A program made the translations under genes and the position numbers. Positions 46,338 to 59,604 of a DNA stretch of 64,000 bases are shown one piece after another; within the stretch, counting starts at the first letter, position 1; every line of letters starts with the position of its first letter. The notes under the pieces are model-generated. The model searched no databases, was not told where the DNA came from, and was given only the letters and a program-made list of their open reading frames with translations. The DNA comes from Rebecca billardiae RCC1528 (lineage: Eukaryota; Protista; Haptophyta), in NCBI GenBank assembly GCA_965240325.2, contig OZ251238.1:496001-560000 (forward strand), written 5' to 3'.

Positions 46338-47011
46338 CTTTTTGTAGTGACTCTTCTGGCCACCTCGAGAGTGCAGCCGCGCCAAACACCTGTCTCCGCT
46401 GTGAGCGACGCCGCGTAGTTTACTGCTAAGTCTGCTAAGAATATGTGGGGTTATTGGCACAATACAGTAGCTGAGTGTGTCCTGAGTGTCCTCGACTGTG
46501 GGGCGCCGGTCCAGCCGACGATGCTGGCAGGCTCCCCTCGACCCTTGAGCTGTGCTGGCCCAGGCCGGATCATCACCTTCGACCCGGACGGCCCGGACTC
46601 GCCGGAGTCTTTCCAAACTCCGCCCATGCCCAGCCAGCCAATATGAGCCCGCCAATGACTCCGGAAGGCGGAATGAGCGGGCAGCAGTGTAAGCCTGGCG
46701 TGCTTCGAGCGTGCTGGCATCCGTCCGCCCGAGCCGGCCAGGTTCAGGCCTTGGACGGCCGGGCAGCGTGAGCGAGGAGCAGCCAAGCCAGGAGCCGCCC
46801 GCTGCCCCGCACGCACGCCAAACAGCGCGAACCTCGCTCTCGATCTGCGCCGCCAGGCTCCCTGCGGCCCTACGCAGAAGTACGGCGGTTACGACACTTA
46901 ACGCAGTATATATATATATATATATAAATAAGTCGTGCCGTATTTTCGCGGTGATGCGGCCCCCGCTGGTCACTCTACTCAGGCCGCTCTTGACGGTACT
47001 GTATCGGACTA

Positions 47012-48414
47012 TTATGATGAGCTCGTGTCAGCGCGGCGGCAGAGTGAGAGCCCAGGGTCGACCGTGTGCGCCGGCGCTCGAAGAGACGTCGACGCGATGC
47101 CAGCCTCTAGCTCGCGCGAGCGCTTGGACCGCATCAGCAGGAAGCGCGTGTAGGCCATCCCGGGCAGGTGCAGCGCCGGCGGGCAGCGGCGCAGCGGCCG
47201 GCTGAGCTCGAGCCTCGGGCGGCTCCACTCCAACGCGTCCGTCTCCTGCTCGCAGGTCGCGCGCCACTCGCGGTCGAGCGCCGCGAGCTCGTCCGCTCGC
47301 CGCCGCACGGCGGGCGACGCCGCCACCCACGCGCGCTCGTGCACGCGCAGGAAGTGCGCGTACAGCGCGAGATCGACGGCGTGCGAGCGCGCGAGCAGCG
47401 CCTCGTCCGCCGCGCTCGTCACCGGCCACGCCGGCGCCGAGCCGGGCGGGCACTTGCCCACGCCCTGCTGCTGGTGCTTGGGCAGGCTTACGAGCTCCTC
47501 GAGGCCGACGGCGGGCGCGAGGTCTGCGTGCATCAGCGCGAGCGACTCGTACCAGCGCTCGAGGATCAGCACTCGGCTGAACTGCGACTCGAGCGCGCGC
47601 ACCCACGCGTCGACGCGCGCGCGCTGCGCGTCGTGCGCGGTCGACGAGTTGTGCAGCAGGTACCAGCCCAGGTCGAAGGCCTGCGGGCTGCGCACGTACT
47701 CGGAGAGCACGCGATCCGAGAGCGGCGCGTGCAGCACGCCGAGCGGCGCGTGCAGCACGCCACGCATCGCCGCCGCGTGCGCGAGCGCGAGGCTCGTGTT
47801 GCAGCCGTACGCGGCCACCTGCGCCTTGAAAAACTTGAGCGCCGACGCGACCTGCGTGTGCGGGTCGCGCAGGATTGTGAGCCAGTAGACCGGCGCCCCC
47901 CCCGCGCGCATGTATGCCGCCATGCGCGCGCGGTCGTACACGGCGTGGTTGCACGAGATGTCGTGCTGCGCCGCGGGCGCCGCCGTGTGGTAGAACCGCT
48001 CCGGCCACGTGCGGACGAGGCGGCTGCCGTTGCTCGGGATCAGGAACGAGAGGTTGCGCCAGTCGCCCATCCGCTGCAGAAGGTTCATGATCGAGCCCGA
48101 GCCCGTCTTGTGCGTCTGCCCCGGTGAGTGGGTGCGCGCGGGGCGGGAACGCGCGGCTGAGGCGCCGCGCGTCGGCGGGAGGTGCGAGGCGCGCAGCCGG
48201 AAGACGAGGAGCGCACGCGCACCTTCACAAAGACGATCGGGCGGAGGCGGTGGCGGGCGAGCTCCGCGCGCTGCGATGTGGAGAGCAGGAAGCGGTCGGC
48301 GCCACCGAGAGGCTCGCGCGCATCGCACATACGCGTCTGCGCGCTGGCCTGCGGCCAGCGCGACGCCGCGAGCGTCGCGAGGAGAGCGCCGCCCAGCGTG
48401 CGCGCGACAATCAT
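47012..48414 (-). CDS. Galactose-3-O-sulfotransferase-like protein; intron 48222-48116
   Basis: Signal-like MIVARTLGGALLATLA. Splicing gives IVFVKTHKTGSGS (5'-PSB), followed by TILRDPHTQVAS (3'-PB), VLILERWYESL and VDLALYAHF. Confidence 0.9.
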
Positions 48415-48573
48415 TCGTGATTCCGGGCGGCCGCACTGGCGTGCGCGATTGTGCGCATGGCGCGCGGAGAAGGCGCCCACAAGGGATGCGCGCGGCGCAG
48501 CGAGGGACGCCAATATCGGAACGCTCCTGATCCTACTGTACCAGGGGCGTTCCCGCTTGCTGACCGATCCGCG

Positions 48574-49974
48574 ATGGCCGCACAGCCGCTGGCGTGGATG
48601 GTAGTCGTCATCGGATGCGGAGTCCCGAGCCCTGGCTTGCTCGATACGGAGTATCCGATGACCACCCGAGTGAACTTCGCGTCACACACGAATCGCGAGA
48701 TCCTTGAGCTGGCCGTGGGCAAGGCGACTCGTGGCTCCCGGCTGATCGCGAAGATCGCCCGGGATTTGCACCGCACCATGGAGCGGCAGTTTCCGAATCA
48801 CGAACCCACGGTGGTGGTGGTATGGGATCCGCTCATGTTTGGTGTCTTCAACGACCCCAATGATGCGAGGAATGATGACGGCGCCCCGGTGCCATGCAAC
48901 ATTCCATGCACGTGGTCGACCGAGCGCTCGCTGCTCAACACGACAGCGAGCGCGCTCGCCGTCACGATCGAACCTCGCAAATTCAGCACGCCAGTGACGC
49001 ATCCGAAGCGGCCTCGCCAGCCATGGATCGGCGCGATGCTGGAGAACAACCACCGCCTCGGGCAGTACTACCCGCTCGCGAAGCGGCTGAGCCGCGTCGA
49101 CATCTTGATGACGTTCGAGCTCGACGCACACGTGTATCTGCCCTTCTACATCAACAAGCACCTGGGCGTGGCGGCGTGGCACGCGCGCAGCGTGGCGTCG
49201 GTGCTGCGCGGTAAGCGCGCCGATGCGGCGATTGCGGCGTTCATCTCCAACTGCGAGCGACAGCGCGAGGTCCCGCGCCTGGGCGTGCTCAGCGCGCTCG
49301 GGCAAGAGGGGATCCCTGTGCACCAGTACGGCACGTGCGAGCACAATATCAACGGGCGCCGCCAAGACCCTGGCGGCCTGAGGCGCTCGCTGCCGAGGAT
49401 CGCGCACAAACTCGAGCACGTCGCACCCTACCGCATTGCGGTGGCGATGGAGAACTCCATGGCGCTTGACTACGTCACTGAGAAGGTTTACCAGGTGTTC
49501 GAGGCCGGTGCAGTGCCCCTCTTCATCGGCGCCCCCAATGTGCGTGACCTCCTGCCATGTGAGCCGCCCGACAAGTGCATCGTGGACGTCACGGACTACC
49601 TGACGCCCGATGGGAGCGACGTCGACACGCGCAGGCTGGCTGCGCACCTCAAGTACCTGGCGCGCAACGACAGCGCCTACGCAGAGTACCACCGGTGGCG
49701 AGAGCATCCACCGCCACAGCGCTGGCTGGAGCTGCTGGAGATCAGGCGGCACGACCCGCGCTGCCGCGCTTGCCACTGTGTGCACGGCCGGCTCGGCTGT
49801 GCTCAGGCCGCCGATGGCAAGCACCAACGGCAACCACACCTGGGCCGCCGATGGCAAGCACCCACGGCGACCGCGACCACGACCACACCTGGGAGGCAAG
49901 CCCATCTCCACGGCACCGCTCATCCGCCAGTCCCAGCGCTCAGCGGTGCCAGCCGAGGTGCCGATTATCGCTGA
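48574..49974 (+). CDS. Alpha-1,3/4-fucosyltransferase (GT10)
   Basis: AFISNC and [30 protein letters not shown] (GT10 signature), [18 protein letters not shown], and a hydrophobic N-terminus. Confidence 0.93.
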   Translation: MAAQPLAWMVVVIGCGVPSPGLLDTEYPMTTRVNFASHTNREILELAVGKATRGSRLIAKIARDLHRTMERQFPNHEPTVVVVWDPLMFGVFNDPNDARNDDGAPVPCNIPCTWSTERSLLNTTASALAVTIEPRKFSTPVTHPKRPRQPWIGAMLENNHRLGQYYPLAKRLSRVDILMTFELDAHVYLPFYINKHLGVAAWHARSVASVLRGKRADAAIAAFISNCERQREVPRLGVLSALGQEGIPVHQYGTCEHNINGRRQDPGGLRRSLPRIAHKLEHVAPYRIAVAMENSMALDYVTEKVYQVFEAGAVPLFIGAPNVRDLLPCEPPDKCIVDVTDYLTPDGSDVDTRRLAAHLKYLARNDSAYAEYHRWREHPPPQRWLELLEIRRHDPRCRACHCVHGRLGCAQAADGKHQRQPHLGRRWQAPTATATTTTPGRQAHLHGTAHPPVPALSGASRGADYR

Positions 49975-49978
49975 ATAG

Positions 49979-50110
<132 letters not shown>

Positions 50111-50131
50111 GGGCCGTAGGTCCGCCCCTTG

Positions 50132-51827
50132 CAGGGGCGTTGCGCCAGCTGGACAAACGCCTTCCGGTCTTTTCAGATCGGCGCTTTTCAAAAAGAAATG
50201 TTCCGCGCGCTGTCCAACGGCAAAGCGCGGCGGATGGCGGCTTCGCCGCCGCATGGGCGCGCGAGTCGCCATTGCCCGCAGAAGACGTGCGTCACAGGCA
50301 AGGAAGCGGGCAGATGGCGCGTCGCACGCGTCGTGGAAGTCGGTCGCGACTCTCGCCGGCCTCAGCGCGCGCGGCGAAGCCACGTCCATGGGCGCCCAGC
50401 GTGCAGGCGGCACGGCCACGCCGCTCGGCCGCGGCGACCGGCCTCGCACGCGTTCTTGCGGCGCGAAAGAGCATCCCAGCTGCGGTCATTTGCCTTGTGC
50501 GTCGGGAGACGTGTGCCAGCTAGCCAATGCGCACGCGCCGCGAGCTGCACGGCGTGCGCACACGTCGCCCGCCGCGCGGCCGGGCGTGCGCCGAAAGCGG
50601 CACAGCGAGAGAGGGCCCCGATCCGAGTGCAGGTCTCGCCAGGGCCAAGGGAGTCAAGGGTGCCCGCGCCCCAGTGGCGCGCTCAGCGGATGTTGGCACA
50701 CAGATTTTTGCCCGACGCCTGCGGCGGGCGGCGGCGAGGGCGTGCTCCGCTGGCGGGGCGAGCGCACGGGGCACGGCGCTGCGGGCGCGGATGTGCCCGC
50801 GAAGCCGGCGCGTGCCTGTTGCGGGAGAGTATCTGGCGCCCTCCTGCGCCGTGCGTCTTGCGCAACGCCTCTTTCGCCTCGGCTCAGGGCAGCGCGCACG
50901 CACGCGCCGCCTCAAGGCCAGCCTTGCCTGCGCCGCAGCCGACCGCGCGCGCGCCGTGCGCGGATTGGTCGGGAAGGAGCGGGCGCTGCTGCCGGGCGAG
51001 ATGGCGACATCATGCGTGCACGCCATGCCGCCCCGCCACGCCTTGACGAGCGCGTCGTCGGTCTGTTTGCATGCCTCTTTGACTTGTCACAAATGTTGTG
51101 CACGGCCTCGCGGTCGTGACCCTTGTCGGAATGTCGGGACGATCATTGAGACCCAGAACAGTGCCAGACGGGCACGCGGGCTACTCTTACATGAATGTTC
51201 ATCACCGCGTGGTCATGCAGAAGTGCTGGGAGCGACGCTTTCCTCGCGCTGATGCTCTTTCATCATCTTCTTCGAGCTCAGGTCTGGCTTGGCATGACAA
51301 GCGATCAGCACTCGTCAACAGCTGTGCAGATCTATTGCCGTGCCCTGTCGCGGCATCGCAGGGCGGCATGGCGTGCGCGCATGGTGTCGCCATCTCGCCC
51401 GGCAGCAGCGCCCGCTCCTTCCCGACCACGCCGCGCACGGCGCGCGCGCGGTCGGCTGCGGCGCAGGCAAGGCTGGCCTTGAGGCGGCGCGTGCGTGCGC
51501 GCTGCCCTGAGCCGAGGCGAAAGAGGCGTTGCGCAAGACGCGCGGCGCAGGAGGGCGCCAGATACTCTCCCGCAACAGCCCGTCCGCACGCGCCGGCTTC
51601 GCGGGCACATCCGCGCCCGCAGCGCCGTGCCCCGTGCGCTCGCCCCGCCAGCGGAGCACGCCCTCGCCGCCGCCCGCCGCAGGCGTCGGGCAAAAATCTG
51701 TGTGCCAACATCCGCTGAGCGCGCCACTGGGGCGCGGGCACCCTTGACTCCCTTGCCAGGCCTCCACAAGTCCAAGGATCCTGGGTCTTGGGTCCTTCGC
51801 GTTTGTCCAGCTGGCGCAACGCCCCTG
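50132..51827. mobile_element. TIR element with 29-bp perfect TIR, nested in copy 1
   Basis: CAGGGGCGTTGCGCCAGCTGGACAAACGC ... reverse complement. Absent from copy 2, whose empty site reads CCCCTTG-T-AGTGCCC. Confidence 0.85.
50646..51755. mobile_element. Second P/Galileo-like foldback element (~395-bp TIRs, 7-bp TSD with one mismatch)
   Basis: CCAGGGC|CAAGGGAGTCAAGGG ... CCCTTGACTCCCTTG|CCAGGCC. Arms about 50646-51037 and 51361-51755. Confidence 0.85.
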
Positions 51828-53409
51828 AGTGCCCGGGAAAAAGATAAGAAAAAGAAGAAGAAAAAAGAAAATCGCCTCGCAAAGAAAAGAAAATCGCCTC
51901 GCTCACTGCCGGGTCGCTTCCCGCTCACTACCGGGCGCCCTCGCAGCTCCCACTGGGGACGCTCGGCCGAAAAGTGGTTCGCCCATGGCGCGGAGCGCGT
52001 GGGCCGCGCGCGCCAAATCCAACGCCGGCGCGGACATCGCGCGAGGATTCCCGAACGGTGTTTTCGCCCGATTCGCGATTGCTGCCCTCGTCGTCTCGCG
52101 TGCAGGTCGAACGGGGGCTAAATCGACGCGATTGGAGCGGTACGCTCGGCGCGTCGACACGATCGTGCGACCTGGGGCGATCCTCGCGCGACGTGCACGT
52201 CGAAAGCTCGCACCGGCCATAGCATCATGCGCTGCGCACGATGGCCGCCTCGCGCGATCCACCGTCGCGCGTCGGGCTCGGTGCGGAAACGCATTCATCA
52301 CGAGGCGTCTCGCGGGCGGGAAGCGCCATCGCACGCGACGCAAGCTTTGGCGCGGCCTTCTGAACTCGATGATCGCCGGAATCCGCGCACCGGACTGTCG
52401 CGTGCCACAACTTCTCAAAGCCGGGCGCATGCAAATCCGTTGCTACAGCTGTACCAGTTCCCGGCCAAGCCGAAGGGCCGGCCCTTGTCCCGGCGATCAT
52501 CTTTCGCGATCGCGGCCAAAGATCGCTCGGCGCTCGCGGTCCCTCACAGCCGAAAGCCCACGTCCGGCCTGCATGGCGTCGACGGTGACCAATGCGACGG
52601 AGGCGCAGCGCAAAGCGGCGTACGAGGCGCAGCGAACGCAGCTGCCGTCCACGGCGTCTTGGCGAGTCGGCGGCCCTCGTCGCACAGCGCTATGACCGAT
52701 CCCAGAGGCGCATCCGCCACGAGCTGAAACGCCGAGCGTGCAACATTGTCGCCCCATCCTCCACCATGTCACGAGCGCTGCGGGACGAGGTCGACGTCGT
52801 GAAGCCAGTGGCACATGCGCTGCGCTTCCTGTGCCTGCTCGAGCAGCGCGTGCCCACCCTCGATCGCGAGTGGCACACGCTCTCGCACTGCGCGCGCGCG
52901 CACCGCCGACAGCTCCTGATACCGCCGAACGTGCAGGTGTATAGAGAGACAGAGAGACAGAGAGACAGAATTCGGTAGGATGCACTGACTTCCAGACGAC
53001 CTGAACAAATGAATCATGACATCACACTCCGCCACAACTTGAACTGTTTTCGCGTGTTTAGCTCCGAGGACAAACCGTCACCGTCAGGCGTACACGAGCA
53101 CGCCGCCGTCGCACGCCAATCAGTTGGCAGTGCGTGCGCGCAGTCGAAGGCTCGGCACGATGACGAGTAGCGCAGTGGGTGCACGAATACACGCGCAATC
53201 ACACTGTCGGTGAGCTCGCACCAGAGTCATCTGTCGCGTCGTTATTATTCGTCAGTGCCGTCGGGTAGCTCACCATCATCTGTATGTCGCGCATTGTTAT
53301 TCGTCATCCTGCCCGTCAATCCGCTAAAAGCCGCGAACCCGCTGGGGAAATATTGCGACAGCACTGGCACGGCCCGCCGACCCCCCCCCCCCCGCCCGCC
53401 AGGGCAGAG

Positions 53410-53440
<31 letters not shown>

Positions 53441-53505
53441 AACTATATATATATATAGTAAAGAAATCGATTTTCGGCGTTACCGCGACAGTATTATAAT
53501 AATTA

Positions 53506-55510
53506 CCGTATAAACCCGTCCGCACTTGGCGGTCCTCCCAGCATGGAGATTTGTTGCTTAAAAATTCCCCTTTATAACGGGCTCCGGGTGATCAGACTGG
53601 CGGCCGAAGCCTCCAGCCCTACCCTGGCCAGCCCCCAACCAACCACCACCCTCACATGATGGAGTTTTTTCGGCGGCGCGTTCGTCCGCCGAAGGCCGGG
53701 CCAAGGCCGTTTGAGCATGGTCGTTCGTGCGCACTCCCACCCATATTCGAATCGATGCGGAATCGATGGCGCGCTCCGAGCGGCGGGCGTGCGTTCATGT
53801 GTGCCGCGAGGGGGGCTGCGAGGCGTCGGCCGGCTTGCCAAGGCGGTTCCCCGGGGCGGCGTCACCCTCGCCCGCCCCTCCTCGCCCACCCTCGCCCCAC
53901 GGGCGGCCACACTTGAACTGTTAAGATGGGTTCACGGTAGCCCGCGCGGCACGCGCGCGCGGGAGAGGCGAGGAACTGGTGTTTCGCGGAAAAACGCTCT
54001 GTAGCATTGTGCTCAACCCATGTGGGCACCCGCTCCACAAGTTTGCGCGCCTTCAAACCGCACACAGCGGCCTGAGCAGCTCCCAGACTGAGTTTCGCTC
54101 TTGAAGCCTGTTTTTGGGCCAGATCTTGGTGTGGATCACTGGATGTAGCGCGGCGAGGAGGCGCCGGGCGCGCGCCCGAGCTGCGTGCTGGCACTCGCCA
54201 TGACTCGCTCTTGAGGTGCACAGGAGCACGCGTTGATGCGTATGGAACCATCCCATCACGATCGCCCCGACCTGGCGCCCCCTATCTGGCCCGTCAGGCT
54301 GCCCGCGCTGCCGCCGCCGCGCCACGCCGCCGCCACGCCGCCGCCTCAGCACGGGCACGTGGGTACGTCTGTATTCAACAAATACAGAATTTCCGGTGCG
54401 GCCGTCTGTCGGGCAGCAAGGTCGGTCTGGTCGACACCTGCCGCGCGGCATGGGCCACGGCGCGGCGAGGTGGCGGCTGGCGCACCGCGGCGTGGGCGGG
54501 ATTGCTCGAGGACACCACCGCCCCGCCTCCCACGCCGCGCCGTGCGCGTGCGCCGTGCTCTCGTCGCGTACCGAATTTCCTGCGGCGAGCGACGTCACAC
54601 AGCGCGACCATGCCATCGCGCGACGAGGTGCGTTCAGCTCGGCGATTTGTCGTATCTGTTGAATACATGCAGGTACGAATCCGCCGCAAGATCGCCATCG
54701 ACTCGGCGACTCTCACGTCGCCCGAGAGGGCGCGCGCTGCGTGGAGTGGCACGCGACGCGGAGAGGGCGGGTGCGGTGCCGCGGGCGCGCGACTGGTCTA
54801 GAACAGCCCAATGAAGCGTGGGACAGCGCCGCACGCCTGTGCTCGCGGCCGTCTCCTCGCGGTCGAAAATATCTGTGCACCCTTCTACCTACCAGGTGAG
54901 TCGACCGACTTGCACACGGCATGCGAGCACTGCGTGACGCGGGGAGGAGTGTGACATGGCAGGCTGTGGCGAGGTGGATGGCCGTGCAGGACTATGCTAG
55001 GAAGGGCCGTTCCCGCGCTCGCGCGGTGCCTCGCGCACGCCTCGTCGAGGACGAGCGTACGTTTGAATGGCTCCGGAGAAGGCTTACGATCGCTCGTTGA
55101 TGGGCAGCGCGCGGCGACAGGTGCACACGACGAAGGTGACGACCAGGCACTCCGACGAGGGTGGCTGTGCTGGCAGCAGACTGCATTTGGAGTAAGATCA
55201 GATGAGCCATCTACTTACGCGCCACTTCGCCTCGCTGCATCGCCGCACTGAGCAGCAGGGCTCCACGCTGACCGGAATGGCTGTCCACGAAGCTACATGT
55301 GTGCCGATGTGACCGGCCAGCCGCGTGCAACCCGGCGAGGCAGAGAGGGGCGGAGCCCGGCGGAGGGATGGGGAGGCTGGGTGGGATGTTGCAGTCCCAT
55401 GCCCGGGGCACTCGCCAGGCGCCTGCGCGACCACCGTAGCGTCTTCTGTGCGCTCGTGCGGCCCGCTCGAGATTTTCCCCGAAAAGCGGCTCGTGTCGGA
55501 CGGGTTACGG
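53506..55510 (+). mobile_element. Decayed pogo/Tc2-like transposon
   Basis: TA|CCGTATAAACCCGTCCG ... CGGACGGGTTACGG|TA. Internal RSARRFVVSVEYMQVRIRRKIA loosely resembles a CENP-B/Tc5 HTH segment. Confidence 0.6.
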
Positions 55511-55612
55511 TAACCGGACTAACGAATACGATAATCCCGTTTTTGTTTACTATATATATATATATATGTATATATATGCCCGTTGCATACCACGTCGTTA
55601 ATATATATATAC

Positions 55613-55643
<31 letters not shown>

Positions 55644-55644
<1 letters not shown>

Positions 55645-57614
55645 GATTAAACTTTTCTGAGGATAGCGCACCAGCAAAATCCCTTGACCGCCATCCGGAT
55701 TTTACGGAGGCCGCGTTTGGACGCAGAAACGCGCGATGGCGAGGCCCGCCCTCGCACCACCGCTCTCGCGAGATCGCGACCGTGCGACCTGCGGCGTTGC
55801 GCTCGACGCGCTCTTTCTGCTCGGAGGCCGCGAGGACTCCCAGGTGCGCCAGCTCGCGAGCGCGCACCTTCCTCCTCGCCGCGCTCGCCGAGCACAAGCC
55901 GATCTGCAGCAGATGTGCAAGGAGCCGCATGTGGCCTTCCTCGCGCGCGCGGCACGGCTGCACACGAAAATCGTTAGAGGGCACTTCTCCGCGCATTCTA
56001 CATTTTGGGGAAAGAACGCCTGAACTGCACAGAAAGTGCCCTCTAACGCTTCCGCTCCTCGCCGTTGCGTGCACGCGCAAAGGAGCACTGCAAAGGGTGC
56101 GACTGGGAGCATTCCTTCTCCCGGGCGGCCACCACGGCCTCGGAGGTGGTGAGGAACGCGTCGGCGACCACGGCATGGACCACCTCCGTCGCGCCGGACA
56201 CTCCGGTCGCCCCTCGCCGGACTCCATCCTCGCTGCGCGCTGACCGTTTGCCGAGCGGGCTGCCCCCGCCGCCTGCCCGGCGTGTGCCCGCGTGGTGACA
56301 CAAGATGGTCGAAGGCGTGGCAGCGCGGTGGTGCGTGCGATCGGGGGACCCCACCTGAGCTACGACACGGGCGCGCGCGCTCATCCGTGCTCATCACGGT
56401 GGTGCACGCGCGCGTCGCGCGCTCGTCGGCTGTCGCGCGCTGACGGCTGGGCTGCTTTGGGGTGTCGGCGGCGGCCACAGCTCGCTGGTACGGGCGCGAT
56501 GGTGGCTGCGAGTGGTACGCGGCGTTGCACCAGGTCCATGTGCGTCACGCACGACGCTCGGCCGGCTCGCCCTCGGACCATTGGCTGAGTTCTACTCGCT
56601 GCGCGCGCCGCGCGCGGGAGCCGCTCGGCAGCTGCTCGAGGCGCAAAGTGCGCCCCGCGCGCTGAACGTGGGCACGACGAGGTGGTGCGGCGAGCGTGCG
56701 CGGGTGTGTGTGCGTGATGGGCACCCCCATTGCGCTACTTGCCATGCACATCTGCCTCTCGCCAAGCCTTCGACACGATTGCTGCAAGCGCTGCTCGGAG
56801 GCGCGCTCGCGGGCTCGCGCGCGTTTGAATCTGGGCTCGGCGGCGATCGCGTGGACGAGGAGCAGCGCGGTGCACGGTGGCGGAGCGCGTGCGGAGCGCA
56901 GCCTACACCTCCTACACGCTCAATCCAGACACATCGCGCATGCTCGCGCGACCTCCTCGGTCCATCACGTGCGCGTGCGCGCGCGAGCAGGTGTGCATTC
57001 GCCGGGCGCGTTCACGGCGCGCCGCGTTGGCGCGCGCGCACCGATACCCGTGCGCAGCTCGACGAGCGAGCGCGGTGTGTTTCGATGCGTATGGGGAGGC
57101 TCGAATTTACGCGCGCGCACGCGCCGGCCCTCGCCGCCCCTTCGCTCGCCCACGCCTCATCTGCGCGCTCGGCGTTTGCACGCAGCTGCTCATCCTTTCC
57201 AACACGTGCACAAACGAGCAGATAGCGCTGGGCGAGGTCGATTGGTGCGTCAGATATTCGGCAACGACCAGCCCCGCTCGTGTGCCGCCGCTCGTGCTAC
57301 TCTTGACGACCACCTCTGGCTCGGTCGCGCGCACGAGGCTGCTCGCGGGCCCAATCGTGCCGTGTACCGTCAAGCTGTACCGTGCGCAGCGAGGCGCACT
57401 CAGACGTCCGCATGGGCTCGCATGCGAGGGCCCGGCAGTGCGACGCGTCGATGGAGCATGCTCCGGATACGCTTCGGCGCACTTTCCGACGCGCACGAGC
57501 CGCTCGAAGGCGCGGAAGGGCGCCCAAACGGGGCAACCGCCATTTTGCGCCACTTCGGCCCGGATGGCGGTCAAGGGAAATTGCTGGTGCGCTATCCTCA
57601 GAAAAGTTTAATCA
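55644..57614 (+). mobile_element. hAT-like relic with ~54-bp TIRs inserted in (TA)n
   Basis: TGATTAAACTTTTCTGAGGATAGCGCACCAGCAA...CCATCCGG with an inverted copy at the right end. Ordered, frameshifted hAT motifs ADGW, CVTH (CxxH), VGTTRW, YTLNP and a dimerization-like W..FG..P segment. Confidence 0.75.
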
Positions 57615-57653
57615 TATATATATATCGACGCTTGTCCGATGCTGCCACGTCGT

Positions 57654-57656
<3 letters not shown>

Positions 57657-57746
<90 letters not shown>

Positions 57747-57791
57747 CTACAGCTTGCTGACTCTGACGCCTGCCCGTTGCATACCACGTCG

Positions 57792-57851
<60 letters not shown>

Positions 57852-57855
57852 CGAC

Positions 57856-57942
<87 letters not shown>
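57657..57942. repeat. Cluster of (TA)n tracts interrupted by CCACGTCGTTAA-ended segments
   Basis: Direct observation. Confidence 0.9.
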
Positions 57943-57946
<4 letters not shown>

Positions 57947-59476
57947 GGGCCGTAGGTCCGCCCCTTGTAGTGCCCGGGAAAAAGATAAGAAAAAGAAAAA
58001 GAAAAAAGAAAATCGCCTCGCAGAGAAAAGAAAATCGCTTCGCTCACTACCGGGCGCCCTCGCAGCTCCCACTGGGGACGCTCGGCCGAAAAAGGGTCGG
58101 CCATGGCGCGGAGCGCGTGGGCGGCGCGCGCCAAATCCAACGCCGGCGCGGACATCGCGCGGGGATTCCCTAGACGGGTTTTCGCCCGATTCGCGATTGC
58201 TGCCCTCGTCGTCTCGCGTGCAGGTCGAACGGGGGCCAAATCGACCCGAGTGGAGCAGTACGCTCGGCGCGTCGACACGATCGTGCGACCTGGGGCGATC
58301 CTCGCCCGACGTGCACGTCGAACGCTCGCACCGGCCATAGCATCAGGCGCTGCGCACGATGGCCGCCTCGCGCGATCCACCGCCGCGCGTCGGGCTCGGT
58401 GCGGAAAGGCCCTCATCACGAGGTGTCTCGCGGGCGGGAAGCGCCATCGCACGCGACGCAAGATTTGGCGCGGCCTTCTGAACACCATACCGGAATCCGC
58501 GCACCGGACTCAGTCGTCGCTCGCGGTCCCTCAGCCGAAGCCCACGTCCGGCCTGCATGGCGTCGATGGTGACCAATGCGACGGAAGCGCAGCGCCAACG
58601 GCGTAAACGCGCAGCGGACGCACCTCCGGGGTCTGTCGGCGTGACAGCAACCGCGTCTTTGCGAGTTGGCGACCCTCGCCGCAGCGCGACGCAGACAAGC
58701 CCGTGATGCCATCCGCAGAGAGATGAATCGTTGAGCATGCAACATCGCCGCGCCATCCTCGTCCATGGCGCAGGCGCTGCGTGACGAGGCGGACGTCGTC
58801 ACGCCGGTGATGCGCTGCGATTCGTGTGCCTGCGTGAGCAGCTCGTGCCCAATCTCGATCGCGAGTGGCACACGCTGTCGCTGTGCGCGCGCGCGCGCAC
58901 AACCAACAGCTCATCGTGCCGCCAAACACGCGGGCGCCAGACCTGTCGAAAAGGCGAAGAGCGACGACCGCGTGAACGTCAACGCGCTCGTGCTCAGCGT
59001 GGCGGCCGTGTACGACGTCAACGCGACCTGCGCCGAGCCCATCATGCCCGGAGCGGACATCGGCAAGCATCCTCTCGACGACCGCTCTCGGCCGGCGGCA
59101 GGAGGACATGCACACGATCTACTCTGGCGGCTTCGTCGGCGGCGAATGAGGCGCTCGATTACGCCATCGCGGTCGAGATGCGGCACATACATCGCGTACC
59201 CGCGCTCGCGCGGAGTAACGGGCTACCCGCCCCGCCCCGCGTGCTGCACATTCGCTCGTGGGTGTGGGCCTCGCTGATGCGCATAAGAGTACAGACTACT
59301 GAGTAACTTGTACACCGACTACACGTCGGGGAGCCAACTTCACGTGTCACTGGTCCTTGCACTCGACTGTCCGTCACCCACGGCCACGAGCGAATGTGGA
59401 AAGACGCGAACCCGCAGAGGATACATTGCGACAGCACTGGCACGGCCCGCCGACCCCCCTGCCCGCCAGGGCACAG
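57943..59476 (+). mobile_element. (TA)n-embedded element, copy 2, with a decayed ORF
   Basis: Same termini as copy 1. Frameshifted coding remnants ALRDEADVVTPV, DRVNVNALVLSVAAVYDVNATCAEP and EALDYAIAVEMRHIHRVP. Confidence 0.8.
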
Positions 59477-59496
59477 TTTATATATATATATATATA

Positions 59497-59538
59497 TTGC
59501 ACTCTGAGCCTGACGCTTGTCCGATGCTGCCACGCCGT

Positions 59539-59604
<66 letters not shown>

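Larger units (their letters stand above)
37853..46349. mobile_element. 8.5-kb CACTA (EnSpm)-ended foldback element with ~3.5-kb inverted arms; non-autonomous
   Basis: Ends CACTACAAAAAA ... TTTTTGTAGTG. 37853-~41326 is the reverse complement of ~42795-46349. No transposase inside. Flanks AGT/ACT are not a perfect direct TSD. Confidence 0.9.
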
